Assembly (NCBI GenBank): GCA_050084515.1
Contig: CM114271.1
Span: 9,424,001-9,488,000, forward strand
Source: Blasia pusilla
Taxonomy: Eukaryota
DNA length: 64,000 nt
Direction: 5' to 3'
Shown piece by piece: positions 60,033 through 64,000 of this stretch (positions are counted from its first letter, which is position 1; every line of letters begins with the position of its first letter). Below the pieces are notes generated by a model. The model saw only the letters and a list, made by a program, of their open reading frames with translations. It had not been told where the DNA came from and did not search any database. The position numbers were made by a program, and so were the translations under genes.

Positions 60033-63000
60033 GGGGGGCTCGTATTCTGGCAGGAGAGAGTAAGAGAGGAGAGGAAGAGAGGAAGAGAGGAGAGTCTCTC
60101 TTAAAAAAAAAGGGCCAAATCCGCCTCCTCTCTTCAAAAAATTTTGACATATTTGAAATTTTTGTTTGCTTTCAAATTCAGGAAATCTTTAGAAGAGAGT
60201 ATTTAGTGGTCCACATTTGGCCCTAAAAAAACCTCCTCTTTCCTAGGGGCGAGAAAAAAGGAGACATCATAAGACCACCCTAAACATTTTTCCATCACTC
60301 TCCATGTGAGCCTAAGTTTCTTAACATTCCCTGTCTCGGTCAACAAAAAGCAATGCCCTTGGTATTTTTGTTGGAGGACCACCCGGATGGGTACCTCTCT
60401 TTTTGCACGGATTGTTGCCTGCATCATGGCCTCCCCTAAATTGCCCCATAACCAACTTTCTGTCGGTTATGAATGGTGTCTGCTCGAGAAAGTTGGTCTT
60501 GAGGAACAAATCAGATCCTTAGGTTGAGAAACCGAGAAGGTGCACCCCTCCCAACCCGTAAGAAAGCTCACCATAAGAAAGGAAAGATTTTTAGAAGTGA
60601 TTTTCTTCCACCCTGCACCCACGACGATCTAACAAGTTGGGAATCCGAAATGGCAATCCGACAGGTAGTAGGAATCCTGCACGTCTTAGACAAGAAAAGA
60701 AGCCTACAACTGGTTGGACGAATGAAGGGGAACAGCAAAAGTCAAGAAGCCCGCCACAATGCGCCGAAGTTGGTCTCACCGGATAGAGTCCGATCACTCA
60801 GCGATCAACTTTTGCCGGATCCGACAGGTTGCCTGGAAATGGTTAAAAAGTTGCAGTGGGCAAAAGGAAAAGTCGGAATCATACGGGTTGTGAATTGTAA
60901 TTCGAGTAGCTAAAAGAACACAATCCACAAGTCCAAAAACATATTCCAAAGCAAACTTTTACAAACACCATTATGGGTTGAAAAAATCTCGTCCTTTATT
61001 ACCTCGAAGGAACCTCGAAATGTACATTTCACCTAGTCTATGATTTCTTCACCTCGTCATCTACAAATTTACTCCTAACTCTCCTCGGTGTGGTACCAAA
61101 GGAATGTCCTGGGATTCAAGTGGCTCCTCTGGCCGATTGTAGACGGGGATTGAAAATGTTGGCGAATTCGAGAGCCTTGGGCCCCCCCTAGGTACACCAT
61201 AACGGTCCCATGTAACCTGTCTTGAGTCCCACCGCCTTCCTCGGCAGTATACCTTGTACGCTCTCCAATGTGACACCCATCCAGTATCAATATCTGCTCC
61301 GTCCCCGGTAATACCACTATAGCAACCGCACAGGTAGAAGGAATCCAACACGTCTGAGAGAAGAAAAGAAGCCTACGCGTGCCTTTACGAGTTGAGGGGA
61401 AGGTGCCAAGGGAAGAAGCCCGCCAGACTGCCTCTTAAGTTGGACGAACAGGCAACCTGTCGGAATCAGACAGATTTCCTGGAGGTGGTAAAAAGGGTGC
61501 AGTGGTCAAAAAGCGAAAAGTTGCAAGGAGGAGAAATCCGACGGGTTGCAGTGGTCATAAAGTGAAAGTTGCAAGCAGGAAAAATCCGACAGGTTGCAAA
61601 GTAGAAGTCCGTGGAGTACATAGACGATCACATTCGAAAAGAAAAAATGATCAGCAAACATTTACAAGCACCACCATCGATCGAAAAAATCTTCTACTTT
61701 ATATCCTACGAAAAAAGCTCGGAACTGTACATTTGATCTATTCTATGAAATCTTTTGCCTCATTATCAAAAAACTCCCTACTCCAAACGCTGGAGTCAAG
61801 CTGGGTCGTTGAGTTCTTTGAACTCACTCGTCATCGTCCGAGAGCTCTTGCAAAATCACTTTCGGCCTTGCCCTCCCGATTTTGGGAATCGTTGGAAGTG
61901 ACGATGGAGTCACAACCAAGGGTGGCTCTGGAACCGGAGCTCTCGGCTTCGGTGGAGAGTTGTACGCCCCAACGAGCCTTTCATATTTTGCCTTTGCCTC
62001 CTTGCAAAGGTCAAACAGTTTCTGCCTTCCCTCGAGGCAGAGAATGTTCCTGCCACTTTGCCAGGCGCCTTTGATACTTGCCCCTGAAAGTCCCACTAAG
62101 TTGAACACCAAGTCACCCGGCCTTGAGCAGAGCTCGATGAGCGTTTGCATCAGGGCTGGCGACTTTTCCCTTCCTCCCAGAAGTGGGGTACTGTCTTGCA
62201 TGTAAATTCCCGGGGGGGAATTGTACAAACTATCTAAGCTGTACCCATCTCAGCATGGATCCACAGGATCTTGGATCTTGGACGGGTTGTCTTGTCCCGG
62301 ACCAACCCGTCGGAACCCGACGGGTTGTAGTTGCTTTTGGGTTTTCCCAGTTGATTTTGGTTTTTGGATGCAACCCGTCGGAAGGCGCGGGTTCCGCCCA
62401 GAGCAGCCCATGCTCGCTGAGAGCAACCCGTCGCTATCGGATGGGTTGCATCCAAAACCAAAATCAACCGAAAACCTAACAAAGAATCGCAACACGTTGG
62501 GTTCCGACGGGTTCTGTACACCGCGGTTTTCCCTGTGTATGTGGGAAAGATGCAACCCGTCGGAAACCGACGGGTTGCTCTCAACCGAGCATGGGCTGCT
62601 CTAAGCCAAAGAACCCGTCGCAGCCGACGGGTTGCTCACGGACAAAAAACCCAGATTGACTCTCATTCTACACATCATTATAAGATAATTGAAATTATTG
62701 TACAGGAATTGAGCCTTACCCGAATCTGACTCGTCGCGGATCGGAGTGGATACTCGTTTTTGATGATCCACGATTGTGCCGTCCTCCACTTTAGCGACCT
62801 CTTGACGCACTGGAGGTTGAAGAGCTCGTCATCGCTCCCTCCGGTCAACACCAAGAAGCGACCCTGTCACTCGGATAGGGCGTCGCAAAGGAGAACAAAA
62901 GTGCAACCTGGTCATAAGTGAGCGGCACATTCCACTCGGTACCTCGTCGACGGATTCTTGCCCCAAAGTCGCAACCCGAGGGCAGATCGGCGATCAAGAG

Positions 63001-64000
63001 ATCCACCGCAACCTCTTCGACCACTCCATTCACCGCCCAGGCAGCGTGCCCGTTTCATTGGAGCTTCCGCCCCCAGCGTTGTCAATTTTTTCGATGGTGG
63101 TGTCGACGCTTGAGAATCAAGCTCTTCGACTCATCCAAGAAAGGAGTGAATCGAAGGAGGACGCTTGTCAGTCGTTGTTTGTCTGTGTCTTCCCAAGGAT
63201 GATGGGCTGTATTCTCCTTGGGACAACCCGTGCACCTCTCGCTTCCGCTTCTCCCTAGCCTGGGGACGGCTTGTCGGGGTTTCTATGACCTCGGATTCTG
63301 GTGGCGTTTTTTTCGCCGAGGACCTGGTCCGACCCTCTCTCCCCGCTCGTCCGGATGATTCCGCCTCTGGCCTTGAATCTTCAGCCTCTCTTTGGGAAGA
63401 CTCGGCCTATGAATTTTTCCCTCCCCTCGCCTTGCCTTTGAGACCTGCTGTGGATTTGTCTTGGGCTGTCCGGACCTTGGAAGCCAACTCAGCTGTCTCG
63501 TGGGCCTGCTCTTCTACATCTCCTCCGAAGAAGTCTTCAGGCTAGATTGGGGATGTCATCTTGTCTTGAGGCCACTACATCATGAAGCACTCGTAAATCC
63601 TTATCCGTGATGTCTTCAAGGTCGTTGAAGTCGAGCCAAATGGGGAAATTCTCCACCTCCCAACCGGACATGTGCTGCCCCATCTCCACGTCGTACATGG
63701 AGAATGTCTCTGCATCCGGCGGCGAAGCCCACAATTTCAAGGCTACCGATAATTTTCCCCACTACCTGCGTTCTTACACTGGACGAGGTACCTGGAGACC
63801 ATCCGTTGGGCAGCTTTTAGTAAAATAGAATCAGCCGTCTACTCTTGTAGACTTCGCTTCTTCTTCGCTTGATCCCCTTTGTTCCCCTCTACTTCTTCGT
63901 CAAGCTCTGCCTGAGGGAGGACGCAAACCTTGAACATGGTCTTGAATTCTGGGTTTTTGGTTGGCTTGTCCCGGATGTCGTCGAGCCAAACCTCAAAATC
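60033..64000 (+). mobile_element. MULE-like ParB-MTase DNA transposon, copy F, apparently nested in exon 3 of copy E; runs off the window
   Basis: End GGGGGGCTCGTATTCTGGCAGGAGAGAG... directly abuts interrupted MTase coding sequence. Confidence 0.85.
61824..64000 (-). pseudogene. ParB-MTase gene, exons 3-4 partial (copy F)
   Basis: VDLLIADLPSG (ORF 62845-63033); GGREKSPALMQTLIELCSRPGDLVFNLVGLSG...GRNILCLE (ORF 61824-62228). Confidence 0.82.

Noticed and set aside
60025-60045. Helitron-like CTAG 3' terminus
   Set aside because: The CTA belongs to the interrupted MTase exon (compare 36901-36906), it is absent at the other two equivalent ends, and no Rep/helicase is encoded.

Overview
Eukaryotic, fully transposon-derived window with no recognisable host gene; the host is probably a non-seed land plant (inference from the retroelement types). 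It is a nest of at least 6-7 decayed copies of one large (~12-14 kb) DNA transposon, interleaved with two Ty3/Gypsy elements (one with a PHD finger after its integrase), one Ty1/Copia element and solo or truncated LTRs. Comparing the copies reconstructs an element with two divergently transcribed, intron-containing genes. One is a Mutator-like DDE transposase with an N-terminal GCM-like Zn domain and a far C-terminal SWIM finger. The other is a ~1200-aa four-exon protein with a ParB/Srx-like domain (WDGNHR) fused to a bacterial-type beta-class N4/N6 DNA methyltransferase fold. The promoter and introns, but not the exons, are studded with many copies of one 27-bp palindrome, GCAACCCGTCGG-NNN-CCGACGGGTTGC. 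The ends are GA-rich, asymmetric inverted repeats. No copy here is intact. Domain calls are by-eye motif recognition, not database searches, and the novelty of the system is unverified.
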